Assembly (NCBI GenBank): GCA_030265395.1 | Contig: JARFYF010000112.1 | Location: 68,280,482 to 68,344,481 of the forward strand | Reading direction: 5' to 3' | DNA length: 64,000 nucleotides | From: Rhina ancylostomus | Lineage: Eukaryota | Shown: one piece after another, positions 51,290 through 64,000 of the stretch | Layout: each line of letters opens with the position of its first letter | Numbering within the stretch: position 1 is the stretch's first letter | Made by a program: the position numbers and the translations under genes | The notes under the pieces: model-generated | What the model was told of the DNA's origin: nothing | The model's input: the letters and a program-made list of their open reading frames with translations, nothing else | Databases searched by the model: none

Positions 51290-51692
51290 TTCCCTCATTC
51301 CTGTGGCCCCCTCACCCCTTCTCTTTCCTCTCCCCTGCCCTTATGACCTGCCCATCCATTCCCCATCTCCTTCCCTTTATTCCATGTTCTACTGTACTCT
51401 CCTACCAGATTCTTTCTTCTTCAGCTCTTTGCCGCTTCTATGTATCACCTCTCAGCTTCTTGCATCACTCCCTTNNNNNNNNNNNNNNNNNNNNNNNNNN
51501 NNNNNNNNNNNNNNNNNNNNNNNNNNNNNNNNNNNNNNNNNNNNNNNNNNNNNNNNNNNNNNNNNNNATTCTGGCCTCTGCCCTGTTCCTTTCCGGTCCT
51601 GATGAAGGGTCTCGACCCAAAACACCAACTGTTTATTTCCCTCTATTGATGCTACCTGACCTGCTGAGTTCCTGCAGCATTTTGTGTGTGCT
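51290..51692 (+). mobile_element. Penelope-like 3'/pLTR fragment with a hammerhead motif at 51594-51631
   Basis: CT-rich spacer, then CGGTC-CTGATGA-A-GGGTC-TC-GACCC-AAAAC-ACC-AACTG, then gatgctacctgacctgctgagttcctgcagcattttg, which is shared with the 7.2 kb and 46.7 kb copies. Confidence 0.8.
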
Positions 51693-51779
51693 GAACCAGA
51701 GTGTGTAAGGAAGGGACAGAGCATACACATATAAGAATACATCTCCAAATTGAGTCAGAATGGGGAAGAATGTTAAAAA

Positions 51780-53480
51780 GACAAAACTGAAGGCACTTTA
51801 TCAGAATATATACAACATTCTAAACAACATGGAAGAATTGATAGTATAACTAGAAATAGCTATGCATAATCTAATAGACATTTCAGAGATGGAGTTGTAA
51901 AGTGACCAAGGTTGGGAATAAAATATTCCAGGATGTTTAACTGTTGGAAGAGATAGGCAAAATGGAAAAGAAGGAAGTGTAGTCCTGAAAATAAAGGATA
52001 GAATAAAAACAGCAGAGAGAAAAGATCTAGGCTTGGAAATCAAGCAGGAAAATCAGTTTGAATGAAGCTAAGTAACAGATGGAGGCAGCAAAATTGGTGG
52101 GAGTTGTCTATAAGCCATCACACAAGAGCAGTAAAAATCTGTAAGGTAAATATGCATGTAACAAGATGGTACAGTAATCATGGTGGACTTCAATTGATAT
52201 ATAGATTGAGAAAATAAAATTAGTAGTAATACTATGGAGAACAATTACATAGACTATACACAAAATGGTTTTCTTGATCCATGTGTCTAGGAAACCATTT
52301 TGCATTTAATCTATGTAGGAACCAGCTAAGGTATTGTAAAATGAGAAATGGCAAGTTAATATCTTGAAGATAAGGAGCCTTAGAGAAAATAATTATAGGA
52401 TTGGTCAGATTCAACATTGTCTTATGAGAGGAAAATCATGTTTGAGTTTTCTGAAGTTGTAAACAGCAGAATAGATCATTGTGACCAATGAACGTGGTGC
52501 TTTGGGACTTTGAGAAGACCTTTGATAAGGTGCCACACAAAGGCCTGTAAACAAAATTGGAGTTCATGGGAGTGAGCATAATATACTGGTATAGATTGAG
52601 GACTTGTTAACAGAAGAAAACTGGGAGTAGGAATAATTTTTTTGTGGAGGATTTGGAGTTTGCAAGTAGTGGCATGCTACTACTTGTAAACTCCAGCTGG
52701 TCAAAACCTAAATCAATAACTTTGATGAAGAGATAAAATGTTCTAGGTTGTTTATGAATAAGATAGCAGAACTTTGAGGAGGATGCAGAGAGGCCTCGAG
52801 GGAATATGGACAAGTAAGTGAATGGGCAAGGAGATGGCAGCTGAAAAATAATTTGGTAAAATATGAAATCATCCTCTTCTGTAGAAAAACAAGCAAAGTA
52901 GTGTATTTTTAAGTGGTGACTGAAAAAAAAATTGATTTGGCAAGCAATTAAGAAGGCAAGCCTTTAGTCTTCTTTGCAAGAAGTTTTCAGAATAATGATA
53001 TTTCAATTATATAGAGCTCTGGTGAGACTACATCTGGAACAGTGTGTGCAGATCTAGTCAGCCTACCTGAGGAAGGATACATTTCTGATAGAGGGGCTAC
53101 AACAAAAGATTACCAGATTGATGCCTGTGAATGGGCAGGGTTTGTAATATGAGGAAATATTAAGCAGACTGGGGCTACACACTCTTGAGTTTATTAGAGC
53201 AAAAGGTAATGTCCTTGAAACTCACAAAATTCCTAAGGAACTCAACAACAAGATAGATGTAGGAATGATATTTTCTCTGGTTAGAATACCTTGAACCAGG
53301 TCAAATTCAGGACTGAGATGAGAAGAAATTCCTTCAACAATAGAGTAGTGAATCCTTGGAATTTTCTACCCAAGAGAGCTGTGGATGTTCTGTTGCTGAA
53401 GGGCCTCAGTTTTAAACCCCTTTCCGTCTTCTACTCCTTGGATAGAAACTGGATTGGTGCAGTGAAAATGGAACTAAAGG
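51780..53480 (+). mobile_element. Old CR1 LINE spanning endonuclease, RT and C-terminal remnants
   Basis: Decayed motifs IAISE..L (endonuclease), IMVDFN, DFEKTFDKVPH and LVRLHLEQCVQI, plus RRNSFNNRVVNPWNFLPKRAV (ORF 53291-53485). Confidence 0.8.
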
Positions 53481-55059
53481 CCTAAGCAGGTGAAAAAAAA
53501 TAGGCATTGAAAGAAATTGTTTGAAATCCTTCTTCAGCAATGAGCAAGTTAAAATAATTTTTAAAACAGTTATCGAAAGAGTTCTCAATTCTGTTTCTTG
53601 CATATGTATTGCGAATGGTTTCCTTCCAAAATGGGTGCAATGTAGGTATGGGGTCCATTGTGGCTGCCCAGTGGTATAAAAGGGTGGCCTAACCTAGTAT
53701 AAGCAAGCGTCCAGCTCATAGCGAGTTAGAAAGGTCAGTATTGGATGGTATAGTAAAGACATATGCATGGGAGTGAGTGCATGGTGTGAAAGCTGCTTAG
53801 GATGCAAGTACATGAAAGATGCACTCTGTTAGAACATGAATGTCAGATGTGTACTAGCAACTGCTTATGAATTGCATTGCCTGACAGGAAACCCCTGCCC
53901 CATTTTAGTGAAAAGAAAAGCCGAGCAAAATAGATGGTCAATCAGTTTACCACCCAAGTGGTGAAGGTGATAATTGATAATTAACACCCCCTACTCCCCC
54001 TCGCCACCAAGAGATATTACCCTCCACAATTGTTCCAGTCTTAAGACAGTGTGAAGTTGGTGTTTAAAATATTCACAGGGTTTTTGACAACACTTTTGTA
54101 GTTCCCATGTTATCACTGGACTATTAACACACATTTACTCCATATATTGTGAAATGGCTACATAACTAAAATGCTTTTACTTATATTTTTAAACTTTTCA
54201 AACAAAATTTCCAATATGTGAGATACCAGCTGCTTTTAATTCAGCTCAATTTCAGGATGATACACAAAACAGACACCCTGGCTCTCCAGTAGTGAGACTA
54301 TCATAAAAACAATTGGTTTTGAAGAATAATGGTTTCCTTAAAAGCAGATTGTAAGTGACTGAAACATCTCTTTACAGGCAGTGGTTTACAGCAGATAAAG
54401 TGTTAAAGTGTTATCTGCTGTGGTTTACAGCAGATAACTGACCGAGAAACCTGTGTCTGCAATTTGTTCTCATTAAAGACTGTAGTTTAGCTTATTAAAG
54501 CACCAGTTAGTGTAAACACTTACGAATAATATTTACTGAAAGATAACTTTTACTGAAAGATACCAACAATATCTTGAGAGACAGCAGGGGGACTTCTATT
54601 TGANNNNNNNNNNNNNNNNNNNNNNNNNNNNNNNNNNNNNNNNNNNNNNNNNNNNNNNNNNNNNNNNNNNNNNNNNNNNNNNNNNNNNNNNNNNNNNNNN
54701 NNNAGGGGGACTTCTATTTGAAAAATATAAGATGTCAACAATCATTTCACCCTTTACTTTCTCAATAATTCGTGAGGAAATTTGCCTTCCTGTGCTTTGG
54801 AGGTAACAACAATAACATAACTTTCATTTATATAGAACGTTAATCTTATAAACCATACCCAGGTACTTCAATTGAATGTTGTCTGAGCTACATAAACAGC
54901 TGTTACTTCATGGGTAGGATTTAAATAGCAATACAAAAGTGGAAAGGGAAGTACAGAGCTAGGGATGTTTAGGGAATACTTCAGAGTCAGGACCTTGGCA
55001 GCTGAAGATATGGCTGCATATAATGGAGTTGTTAGAATTGGTAAAGTGCAAGACAAACA

Positions 55060-55520
55060 TAGGAAAATGAGTCAGCCATTTGGCCCCTCAAACTTGTTCT
55101 GCAATTCAATATGGGCTGTGACCTAACACCATACACCTATCTGTATCCCTTAATTATTTTAGATAACAAAAATCTTTACCTCAAACTTAATTGATCTGGC
55201 ATCAATTGGCAATTTGCATTGGGCTGTTTCAAACGTTTCCTTTTGTATGTGGAAATGTTGCTTAACTGTGCTGTTGAAACATCTGACTAAGTTTCAGACT
55301 TTATATACTTCTGTCCAGAAGTCATTTCTTTCTAACCACATCAGTTCCCTTAACATATTGAAAACTTCAGTCCAATTACTTCTTACAATGCCTTTTAAAT
55401 TCCAGGAAATACAACCCAAGTTTGTGTAATCACAGCCCATAATTTAACTCTTATAATCCAGGTTTCATTTTTCTGAGTTTATATACACTCGCCCCAAGAA
55501 CAGAACACCTTATTCAAATA
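55060..55520 (-). mobile_element. Old CR1-like 3' fragment
   Basis: cataggaaaatgagtcagccatttggcccctcaaacttgttctgcaattcaat is the reversed 3' UTR typical of this family. Confidence 0.55.
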
Positions 55521-55786
55521 TAAGTTGGAGTCAGTCTTACCCAGAACTTTGGCAGTTTTTTTGTATCAGTCCCTCTCAAACATCATAGCAGGATCACAAT
55601 TAGTTAAGTGCTCAGACTCCATGAGGCTGTTGACTAAATCCACAGAAGTTACTCCAATTTCTTGTAAACTTGGAGCAAGATTATTGAAACTCTAGAGAAA
55701 ATGCAGTTATTTAAAAATAATAAAGTAAATCTATTCCCTATAGGGTTCTACCAGGTTCTCACTAAACTTACAGAAAGATATCAAAT

Positions 55787-57297
55787 TGGTGAATTGGTAA
55801 ATTGGTTTATTATTGTCACATGTACCAAGGTACAGTGAAAAACTTTGTTTTACATGCCATTCATACAGGTCATTTCATCCCATCAGTACATTGAGGTAGT
55901 ACAAGGGAAAAGCAATAACAGAATGCAGAGTAGAGTATTAGTTACAGAGAAAGTGCTGTGCAGGCAGACAATAAGGTGCAAGGCCATGACAAGGTAGATT
56001 GTGAGGTCAAAGGTCCATCTTATCGTACAAGGGGACCATTCAATAGTCTTATAACAGCTGGATAGAAGCTTTCCTTGAGCCTGGTGGTATACGCTTTCGG
56101 GTTTTTGTATCTTTTTCCCAATGGGAGGGGGGAGAAGAGAGAATTTCCAGGGTGGGTGGGGTTTTTGATTACGTTGGCTGCTTTACTAAGGTGGCGAGAA
56201 ATTTAGACAGAGTCAATGGAGGAGAGGCTGGTTTTCATGATCTGCTGAGCTGTGTCCACAACTCTCTGCAGTTTCTTACGGTCCCAGGCAGAGCAGTTGT
56301 TATACCAAGCTGTGATGCATCTGGATAGGTTGCTTTCAATGGTGCATCTATAAAAATTAGTGAGGGTCAATGGGGACATGCTGAATTTCTTTAGCCTACT
56401 GTGGAAGTAAAGGCACTGGTGCACTTTTTTGGCTATGGCGTCTGCGTGGTTGGACCAGGACAGGTTATCGGAGATGTTCAATCCTAGGATCTTGAAGCCC
56501 TCAACCTCAGCACCATTGATGTAAACAGGAGCATGTGTGCCACCCTACCCGCACCTCCTTCCTGAAGTCAAGGACCAGCTCTTTTGTTTTGCTGATCTTG
56601 AGGGAAAGGTTGTTGTCATGACACCTTGCAACTAGGCTCTTTACCTCCTTCCTGTACTCTGACTCATCATTATCTGAGATTCGGCCCACTACAGTGGTGT
56701 CATCCGCAAACTTGTAGATAGAGTTAGAGCAGAATCTGGCCACGCAGACTTGAGTGTATAGGGAGTAAAGTAGGGGGCTGAAGGTGCAGCCTTGTGGGGC
56801 ACCAGCACTGAGGATAATCACAGCAGAGGTATTGCTGCCTATCCTTACTGATTGCGGTCTGTTGGTCAGGAAGTCAAGGATTCAGTTGCAAAGGGAGATG
56901 TTGAGTCCCAGGTCTAGAATTTTGCTTGGAATTATGGTATTGAAGATGGAGCTGTAGTCAATAAATTATAGTCTTCCATAGATGTCTTTACTATCCAGAT
57001 GCTCGAGAGATAGGGCCAGGGAGATGGCATCTGCTGTGGACCTATTTCGGTGATAGATGAATTGTAGTGGGTCGAGGTTGTCGATGAGGTTGGAGTTAAT
57101 GTGTGCCAATGACCTGCCTCTCAAAGCATTTCATGATAGTGGATGTCAGAGCCACCGGGCAGGAGTAATTAAGACACGTTACTTTACTTTTCTTTGGTAG
57201 GGAGAGGTTAAAAATGTCTGCAAACACCCCTGCCACCTGACCTGTGCAGGATCTAAGGACACATCTGGGGACTTGATCCGGGCCAGATGCTTTCCAG
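55787..57297 (-). mobile_element. 5'-truncated Rex1/Babar-like LINE with a well-preserved RT region
   Basis: Minus-strand ORFs: [16 protein letters not shown]...[26 protein letters not shown]...IYKFADDTTVVGRIS...KTKELVLDFRK, and LTNFYRCTIES. The 3' tail is (ACCAATTY)n. A possible TSD ATCAAAT lies at 55780-55786 and 57298-57304. Confidence 0.92.
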
Positions 57298-59099
57298 ATC
57301 AAATGTTTACTAAATGAAATTCAGGATCAATTATTCCAAATATTTGTTTACAACTATTGTTTCTCAACCCAAAATCACCTAGTGAATCTGCATCTGAGAC
57401 TCTCATCCTGGCTAACCTCTTACCTTCCACACTTTTAAACTTGAAGCTCTGGTGACTATTTCACAACTTGCATTAGCTCACATTCACCCATTATTCTGTG
57501 GAAAATCCATCTCTTTGACCACGTCACTCCTAATATCTTCTTCAACTCTGAGTTGTTTGGATTTTTTTCCTGTTATAGGCACTAAATAAATGCAATCCAT
57601 TGTAAGAAATGGATGATATACTTGGAACATAGCAAATTTCATGCACAAGTGGACAGACATTGCACACATGTGTACTGATATTCAAATGGCTAAACAGCAA
57701 ACTTAATGGTCGCTGAAGTATTTTATAACCTAACTTTTCTGTAGGCATTGGTATGATCCTCCAGGGTCCACAAACAGAATCTGACCCTCAGTAGTTCTTC
57801 CCACCTAACCCCCAGCCCCTAATGCTGTATATCTCTTCCCCCCAACTGTTGAGCTACCTCAGAGCACCAGTTTGACACCAGCATAAAAACAAGACTTGGG
57901 TCATAAAATGGCTGGGACTCACAGTGTTAACAATGCGTGGTTTGGGTCAGACCTCCTATTGTGATTCTTAAATTAAATCAGCTCTCATGAACTGAAGGGC
58001 TTTCTCTTGTTATTCAAACTTCTGTGGTTGTAGTGAGACTTCATATCATGAGGTAAAGTTTAGTTCAACCTTTAAGCAAAAGCAATGATGATGAAGTACT
58101 AAAATCTTGTCACAACTGAATAGCCAACATACAATCTCCACAGCATGAGGTTTAGTGGAGCAGTATATGTCATAAATTTCTACACCTCCCATAATTTGTT
58201 GTCCAGGTAATTCTATATAAATGTCCCAGAGGCAATGAAAGTGCTAGTTTCTCAGTGGATCCGAACAATAATGAACCATTTACTGCAATAAATCATATGC
58301 TCTAATGATACTGTGCATTAATTTGTGCTTGAAAGCAAGCTCCACTCTGTAATCAGGCAGCATCACCAGTCTATAAAGCTGGATGTGATTATCTTTTGAC
58401 GAGTTGCTCATAATGAATCACCAGACACAGGTGCACAATGAATGTGAGTTATTGATTCACACTGAAACTGCAGGTCTGAGCAGCAGAAAAAAAACACAAA
58501 TGTAAGGTTTATTTTCTAATCACATTCATCAAATAAACAGGTGGAACCCAGGCAGACATCATTAAAACATTAGGGAGATACATCAGTTTAGATTCTTCCT
58601 AATTTATATATCACATATATTTATGCTGGTGTAATCAAAACAGAACTAAGTAGGTCCCATCTGAAATATTTATATTATTTAAGTCAAGAATGGGGAGCAT
58701 CATGCCAACACATGTCCAATGTCTCACAATTCTGCCTTCTTGAGCAATGAATAATAACCATGACTGTTGGAATGGAGTAAGGCCACTATGTTTTTAACTT
58801 TGATTATTATTTCAGATCTACTTTAGTGCAATGCAAAAGATTAATTCATCATTTAATGGTTAAGGGACCTTTTAAGGAAGATGCTCATTATGTGTGAGAA
58901 AATTATTTGGTCAACTATAAATCAACTGCAAATCTAAAGGAAGCAGGCTAAAAGATGCAAGTTGGCTATGGTAGATTGAAAAACCACATTAAAATACATG
59001 ACAGTAAATCTGAAAGGGATAACATTTAAGAATTTATCGAGGTTACAGTCAATATATATCCATGTATGACACAATACTCAACCTGTAAAGTGGTCTAGT

Positions 59100-61230
59100 C
59101 TAGGATAAGAGAAGTTAAAGATAGAAAAGGCAGCAAACAGGATTAAGAAAGGAGAATCACGAAATTGAGAAGGAAAGAGAAAGTAGAATACAAGAGCAAC
59201 ATGGATTCCTTACAAACTGAGACAGGAAACATTATACTTTGGAGAGAGGAAGGGAATAGGAATTAAACAAATAATTTATGACTACCTTCACAGAAGGAGA
59301 CACAGGAAGGCTCCCAGAAATAATGGAGAATAACAGATCAAGAGTGAAGGAGGGACCGAAAGAAATTAGCACTAGTTAAAAAATAGTACTGGAGAACTAA
59401 AAGGAACAGAAGGCCAGTAAATCTGGTGAGATGCATCTCAATCTTTTGAAAGACGTGATGATGGAGATCTGAGCTTGGGTTGTTCTCCCTAGAGCACTGG
59501 AGGCTAAAGGGAGACCTGATAGAGGCTTTTAAAATTATAAGAGGCATAGACAGAATTTTTTCCCCAGCATAGAAATGTCAATCTCAATCAAGGTTTGAGG
59601 GAGGAAGACTTTGAAGGCAACATGAGGGGCACGTTTATTTTAAGCAGAGAGTGGTGGGTGCCTGGAATAGGTTACCAGGAAGTAGTGGAAGCAGGCAGTT
59701 TGGTGGAGTTTAAGAGGCTTCTAGATAGACACACAAATATGAAGGGAATGGAGGGATATGGAGAAACACAGGAGGAGGACATATAGTATAAATTGGCATC
59801 AAGATTGGCACAACATCGTGGGTTGAATGGCCTGTCCTATGCTGTACTATTCTACGTTCTGCAATAACACACTGGGTGTCATCTTCCTTCATTCCATAAA
59901 TTTGACAGATACAGAAGGTAGAAAATGTAATGTTATTACCTAAGAAAGGGGGAAGAAAATAAATGGATCAGTTAGGGTGACATCAGAAGTAAGGAAAATG
60001 CTGGAATCCATTACTAAAGAAATGACAAGGATTTGGAAAACAATAATAGGATGGGCAGAATAAACATGAATTTATGAAAGGGAAAGCCAGTATGACAAAT
60101 CTTTTGGAATTTTTTGAGTTTGTAGTGAACAGAAAAGGCAATGGGACAGCAGAGGATGCAGTGTTTCTGAACTTTCAGAAGGCCTTCAATAAAAATACCA
60201 CACAGGTTATTAAAAAAATTGGAACACATGGAATTGCAGGCAATATACTGGCATTGACTAAGAACAGGTTAACAGACAGAAAAAAGAGAGTGGGGATAAT
60301 AAGTAATTTTTGGTTGTGAGGCTGTGACTTGTGGAGTGCTGCAGGGATCAATGCTAGGGTGTCAGGGGACTAACTATCATATATCCATGCTACCGATGAT
60401 GCAAAGATAGGTGATATTTTGGATTGCGGGGAGGAGGCAAAAGCTTTGGAGGTGAGACAATCTAAGTTAATGAAATATAACATGGAAAAATGTGAGGTCA
60501 TCCATTTTGATAGACAAATGGAAAAATTAAGTATTTTCTAAACAATGAAAGATGACATTAGTATTGAGTAACATCTGGTTCTCTTTGTACATTCTTCGCT
60601 GGGAGTTACATGTACATACAGTAAGCAATTAATAAGTTGGCTGTTACCATAAAAGGGCTTAAGTATGAGAGTAAAGACATCTTAATATAATTGTATGGGG
60701 CCCTAGTGAGAACATATTTGGAATATTGTGTACAAGTCTTGTCTCCCCACCCAAGGACATCCTAGAATATACAAGGATACACTGAAGGCTCACCAGTTTG
60801 ATTCCTGGGATAGGGGTTTTGTCCTATGAGGCAAAATTTAAGCAGATCTGGTTCTAAACTCTCTAGAATTTAGAAGAATGGGAGATTATCTGATTGAAAT
60901 ATCCACATTTTTAAAAAAAAAGATAGAGCTCGAAAGGGTTGTTGCAGAGGATCTCCTTAGCTGGGATGTCACGAAGTAGAGTACAGTCTCAAAGAAAGGA
61001 GCTGGCCACTGAGGACCGAGATAAGAAGGAAATTCTTCATCCAGGGGAGAGAGAATCTTTAGAATCCTCTACCCAAAAGGACATTTAAATCCTAGATTGA
61101 TTATTGTTATCAAGGAAATCAAGGAATGTGATGTTAGTGCAAGAGAGTGGCACCAAGGGTAATAATTAGCCATGATCTTATAGCATAGGGAGCATAGGGA
61201 AGGGGCTGCATGGCTACTCTTCCTGCTCTG
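59100..61230 (+). mobile_element. Old CR1 LINE with a younger CR1 3' end nested at about 59470-59860
   Basis: ORF 60074-60319 reads FMKGKASMTNLLEFFE...DAVFLNFQKAFNK, followed by GVLQGSMLG and LVRTYLEYCVQV. The nested copy has RLKGDLIEAFKIIRGID and ends ctgtactattctacgttct. Confidence 0.85.
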
Positions 61231-61967
61231 TCCTAGCTGATCCTTTCATTTGAGTAGAAAATCTACAGTCACTTCAGAATTGGACAAAGAACAGTTTCTA
61301 CTAGAAATCAAGGAAGGAATTCTATTCCCCTCAATTCATTAAAGTGATGTTCATTGATGTTGAAGCTATCACTTCTTGCAACCGCGATGAGATCAAATAT
61401 GCCAGCAACTTTCAGAAGTTGTAACAACCAAAACCTAGCAAATCCTATCCACTCCCTCCTTTAAAGCCTGCAGCTCCCTTAAAGTACGGGCAATATTTGG
61501 ATTTTTTGTCAAGAGCTCCAAACGTGCTCCTCAACCCAAGCTGGGCTTGTGCCTGTAAATTTCAAAACAACCCAACAGGAATATCAGGATGAGTAACTAG
61601 ACCCCACATGCAATACATGTGCCATGCTCATGTCATTCTCAATCAGCACCTGGCAGGAACATGAGGTCAACTATTTCCAATAACAACCTTGGTGGAAATG
61701 AATTCATTTATCATAAATCTTTACTTTTCATAACACTAACAAAAAAAATGACGTAACATGGTATCCTCTGAGAGTGGACAAGGAAGTTCCTAGATTGAGA
61801 TTTGCAATGCTATAGTGGATTATTTATTTTATTTCTATTGATACTCAGCTGCTTCATTCAACTTTCAGACAGATATTCATATTAACAATCAGAACTGGCA
61901 TAAGCAATTAGTTTGACATGAGTAATTAGGAAGTGGTAACTGAGCATTTAGGAAATAATGAAAGGTA

Positions 61968-62157
61968 AAAGTCTGCAGATGCTGAAAACCTGAAATAAAA
62001 GCAGAAAGTGCTGGAAACACCCAGTTAGACAGGCAGCATCTATGGAAAGAGAAATAGTTAATGTTTCAGATCCAAGAGCTTTCATTACAATGTTCCCTTT
62101 AAGTTCTGAGATATGATCTCCAACTTGAACCATTAACTGTACCTCTCTGCACAGATG
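61968..62157. mobile_element. Old Penelope-pLTR-derived partial foldback
   Basis: ctgcagatgctgaaaacctgaaataaaagcagaaagtgctggaaac...ggcagcatctatggaaagagaaatagttaatgtttcag is followed by the mirrored tgaaccattaactgtacctctctgcacagatg. Confidence 0.6.
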
Positions 62158-64000
62158 GGAAAGGAAGGGAGGTGAAATTGTCCCTGTTGACTCTTCCATG
62201 AGTTTCCTGGCCCCATCCCTTTCAGTGTACAGGCCAACATTATTTGCTTGAGGAAGGTCAAGTATTTCATGGGCAATGTAAAGGAATGGGGACTTGATGC
62301 AAGAGGTTTCAGTTCCTATTTTACTGTTATACTTTTATGGTGCTACTATTTGCTGCAAACTTTAGGAGGAGCAATGCAAGTGAGAGGCCATTATGGTGTA
62401 GTTAATGAATGACTCAGTTTGTATTTAATTCAGGAATGCAAACTTGCTTCAAACTTAAAGACTGAACATTTTGTTTTCTTTACAGACTCTGCATTCCCTG
62501 TTACAGGATGTTCCAGCCAGTTCACTGACCATACAGAAAACCCCTATTGTACATCAATGTTAGCTGGAAGTTTGAAGTTACATGTGTACATCTTCCAGGT
62601 AAGAATCAGTTAATTGTTAAAAAAAAGTTACAATAAATAATCCCAATTTAAAAAAAATGTTTTTGGAATCAACACAAAACCTTGTCAGGGTTGTTTACTG
62701 AACAGGTGAAAATATTAGAATGCGACAGATGTCATTGCCCAACTGCAAAGTATACTTGGTGCGAGTCAATTTTATTTCTTTATTTAAAGAAATGGTGCCA
62801 AAATAAGAAATGAGTTATAGCCAGGCAACAGATGTGAAATTAACCAATCCATCAACTTGATCTCCATGAAGTGTTTACATTGAAAACAATGTAAGGGCTT
62901 ACAGTACTGGTCACGGATACACAAACTCTGGAGAAATAGTGCGAACACTGTTGGCGATGTTTCTTTGGTGTTTCCATGTAACTTTGTCAAAGTTAAAGTG
63001 GACAATCCCTATAATTCAACCCATATGTACTTAAATCCTGGGTGAAGCTTAAAACACAACTTTCTGACATAGACTTGAGAAATTCACCAGTTCAACCAAA
63101 CAGATGCTTAAAATTAAATTGGGTCCATGTACCAGAGCGATAGATGTAAAAATATTCACACATGTTTATTTTACCACCATAATCANNNNNNNNNNNNNNN
63201 NNNNNNNNNNNNNNNNNNNNNNNNNNNNNNNNNNNNNNNNNNNNNNNNNNNNNNNNNNNNNNNNNNNNNNNNNNNNNNNNNNNNNNNNNNNNNNNNNNNN
63301 NNNNNNNNNNNNNNNNNNNNNNNNNNNNNNNNNNNNNNNNNNNNNNNNNNNNNNNNNNNNNNNNNNNNNNNNNNNNNNNNNNNNNNNNNNNNNNNNNNNN
63401 NNNNNNNNNNNNNNNNNNNNNNNNNNNNNNNNNNNNNNNNNNNNNNNNNNNNNNNNNNNNNNTCACACATGTTTATTTTACCACCATAATCAATTTTATT
63501 AAGACAGTAATATATTATGATTACATGAAAAATCTTTATTATACATCAGAAATTATATAACCCAACATCTGTTGGGGGAAGCATTAAGTGACAAAGTGAC
63601 AGATTTGCATCTTTTAGTTGGACAAGTCTATAAGCAATCAGAGTAACTCAATTGCTATGCCAAGTGTTCCTGGAGTTGGAGAGCAAATTGATACTTGGGA
63701 AGTGAGTAAATGGCTGGGTACTTGGACAGGAAAGCCACCTTGTTTTTCTACAGCATTGTAAATTCCACTAGGGAACCACTTGTCCCACCCATCAAAGAGG
63801 AGATTTACATTAGTTCAGTTTCCCTAAATGATCCATTGTTTGTGCCTTTAAAAAGTCCTGCAGACTCCTTTTGCTGTCTTTTCAGAAGTCCCAAAGTTTT
63901 TCTGGCCAACCGATCAATCAATCTAATCCAGTAAACAAACTGCGAGGAGCAGATTGAAGCCCTGCAAGCCCTCACCAACTACCAATTCACTTTTCCCATT

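Noticed and set aside
58240-58480. Homeodomain-motif-rich stretches here and near 32040-32160 and 39330-39600 as conserved enhancers
   Set aside because: The impression rests on composition only and cannot be supported without cross-species alignment.
598-63934. The short ORFs in the supplied track as host genes
   Set aside because: None resembles a host protein. The recognisable ones are LINE or transposon remnants; the rest are chance frames, often through N runs.
28000-64000. Exons of the mammalian APLN neighbours OCRL or XPNPEP2
   Set aside because: I looked by eye and found no recognisable coding exon. They may lie outside the window.

Overview
Vertebrate genomic DNA, AT-rich and repeat-dense, with several N gaps. 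The repeat families (CR1/HER1-like LINEs, Rex/Babar-like LINE, Deu-domain SINEs, V-SINE, Penelope fragments) point to a cartilaginous fish, probably a ray or other batoid; this is inference only. The one host gene I can support is apelin (APLN) on the + strand, which the ORF track misses. Coding exon 1 (12699-12765) encodes a signal peptide, and coding exon 2 (23509-23669) ends in RPRLSHKGPMPF*. Together they give a 75-aa precursor. A probable non-coding exon 3 starts at 26256. The apelin-13 equivalent begins with Leu instead of the mammalian Gln. The promoter has a 47-bp tandem duplication of an ETS-containing module and a tight HRE/E-box/GATA cluster. The rest of the window is mostly decayed transposons. 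The notable ones are Penelope-like ends carrying degenerate minimal hammerhead ribozyme motifs (including a 192-bp-arm foldback with a compensatory stem change), a fossil Harbinger transposase plus Myb/SANT gene pair, two related LTR-like elements, a Tigger/pogo-like MITE, a V-SINE with a Rex-like tail, and an orphan 20-bp perfect hairpin. Repeat family names come from recalled motifs, not database searches, and repeat boundaries are approximate unless a TSD or TIR is given.
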